From: Thermotogota bacterium
GTDB lineage: Bacteria; Thermotogota; Thermotogae; Petrotogales; Petrotogaceae
DNA: 27,443 nt
NCBI GenBank assembly: GCA_051748045.1
Contig: JBNJGY010000024.1
Coordinates: 1 to 27,443, forward strand
Direction: 5' to 3'
Shown: one piece after another, positions 26,942 to 27,443 of the stretch
How positions within the stretch are numbered: position 1 is the first letter of the stretch
Layout of the letters: every line of letters starts with the position of its first letter
Program-made: the position numbers and the translations under genes
The notes under the pieces: model-generated
What the model was told of the DNA's origin: nothing
What the model saw: only the letters and a program-made list of their open reading frames with translations
The model's database searches: none

Positions 26942-26952
26942 GCTACCACCTC

Positions 26953-27186
26953 TTAATTTTCATTTCCTTGGAATAGTTTAACATATTTTTCAGGTACCAT
27001 CATTTTGATTGCGTGTTTGTAAACTAGTGATTGTTCTCCACTTTTTTCTAATAATATAGTATAATTGTCAAATGATTTTACATAACCAGATGTTTTAAAC
27101 CCACCTTCAAAATAAATTTTAACTTCAACTTTGTTAATTCTTAAAATGTTAAGAAACCTATCTTGCAAATTAAATTTTTCTGGCAT
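26953..27186 (-). CDS. hfq: RNA chaperone Hfq
   Basis: NLQDRFLN.LR, SFDNYTILL, LVYKHAI; canonical miaA-hfq-hflX context. Confidence 0.95.
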   Translation of the reverse strand: MPEKFNLQDRFLNILRINKVEVKIYFEGGFKTSGYVKSFDNYTILLEKSGEQSLVYKHAIKMMVPEKYVKLFQGNEN

Positions 27187-27188
27187 TA

Positions 27189-27443
27189 TTAAACCCCCTT
27201 AATTTCATTAATAATATATTTTATTGTATCTTCTTTAGAAAAAGAAGACAAGTTTAACCATTGAGCATCTTTATATTTTCTAAAATAAATAATTTGTCTT
27301 CTTGCATAGTTTCTAGTATTTGTTTTTATTAAGTCTTTTATTTCATTTAAAGTTTTTTCACCTTTAATATATTGTATAGTTTCTTTATATCCAATTGTAT
27401 TTAATGAGTTTAATTTTTCATTAAAATTCATTTCTAATATTTT
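27189..27443 (-). CDS. miaA: tRNA dimethylallyltransferase, C-terminal part (5' end outside the window)
   Basis: TIGYKE and NTRNYARRQIIYFR motifs; frame open to the window edge; directly upstream of hfq. Confidence 0.9.
   Translation of the reverse strand, partial: KILEMNFNEKLNSLNTIGYKETIQYIKGEKTLNEIKDLIKTNTRNYARRQIIYFRKYKDAQWLNLSSFSKEDTIKYIINEIKGV

Noticed and set aside
1-27443. CRISPR array, tRNA/rRNA, transposase, integrase, prophage or defence genes
   Set aside because: No spaced repeats, structural RNA signatures or matching protein motifs seen; nearly all sequence is accounted for by the listed CDSs.

Overview
AT-rich bacterial chromosomal window. Gene content and order (miaA-hfq-hflX-M23 peptidase-metK-rpsT-long trmB-gpsA, niaP-niaR, paired TolC-like genes) point by inference to Thermotogota, probably Petrotogaceae-like. 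The left part is accessory: a GC-rich REP-like palindrome at the edge, a secreted alpha/beta hydrolase, and a tightly coupled 7-gene operon (OmpR regulator, sensor kinase, two TolC/OEP-like proteins, adaptor, split MacB-type ABC exporter), followed by a PfkB kinase and a sensor HD-GYP protein. The middle holds redox, metal and transport genes: a NifX-fold protein with a Cys/His tail, a GGKLG-repeat membrane protein, an MCP, flavodiiron FprA, PAP2, iron-sulfur flavoprotein plus MarR, and niaP-niaR. The right part is a minus-strand housekeeping cluster. Most notable: (1) a complementary TolC-like pair, one apparently lacking both beta-hairpins and the other with extra beta-strands, suggesting a heteromeric outer-envelope channel; (2) probable non-canonical ATA/ATT start codons for hflX and the GGKLG protein; (3) clear operator sites (Crp/Fnr HcpR-like at fprA, NiaR at niaP, OmpR-type direct repeat); (4) unusual residues in Hfq and TrmB plus a possible internal start in trmB. 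All calls come from reading motifs by eye; no database searches were run.
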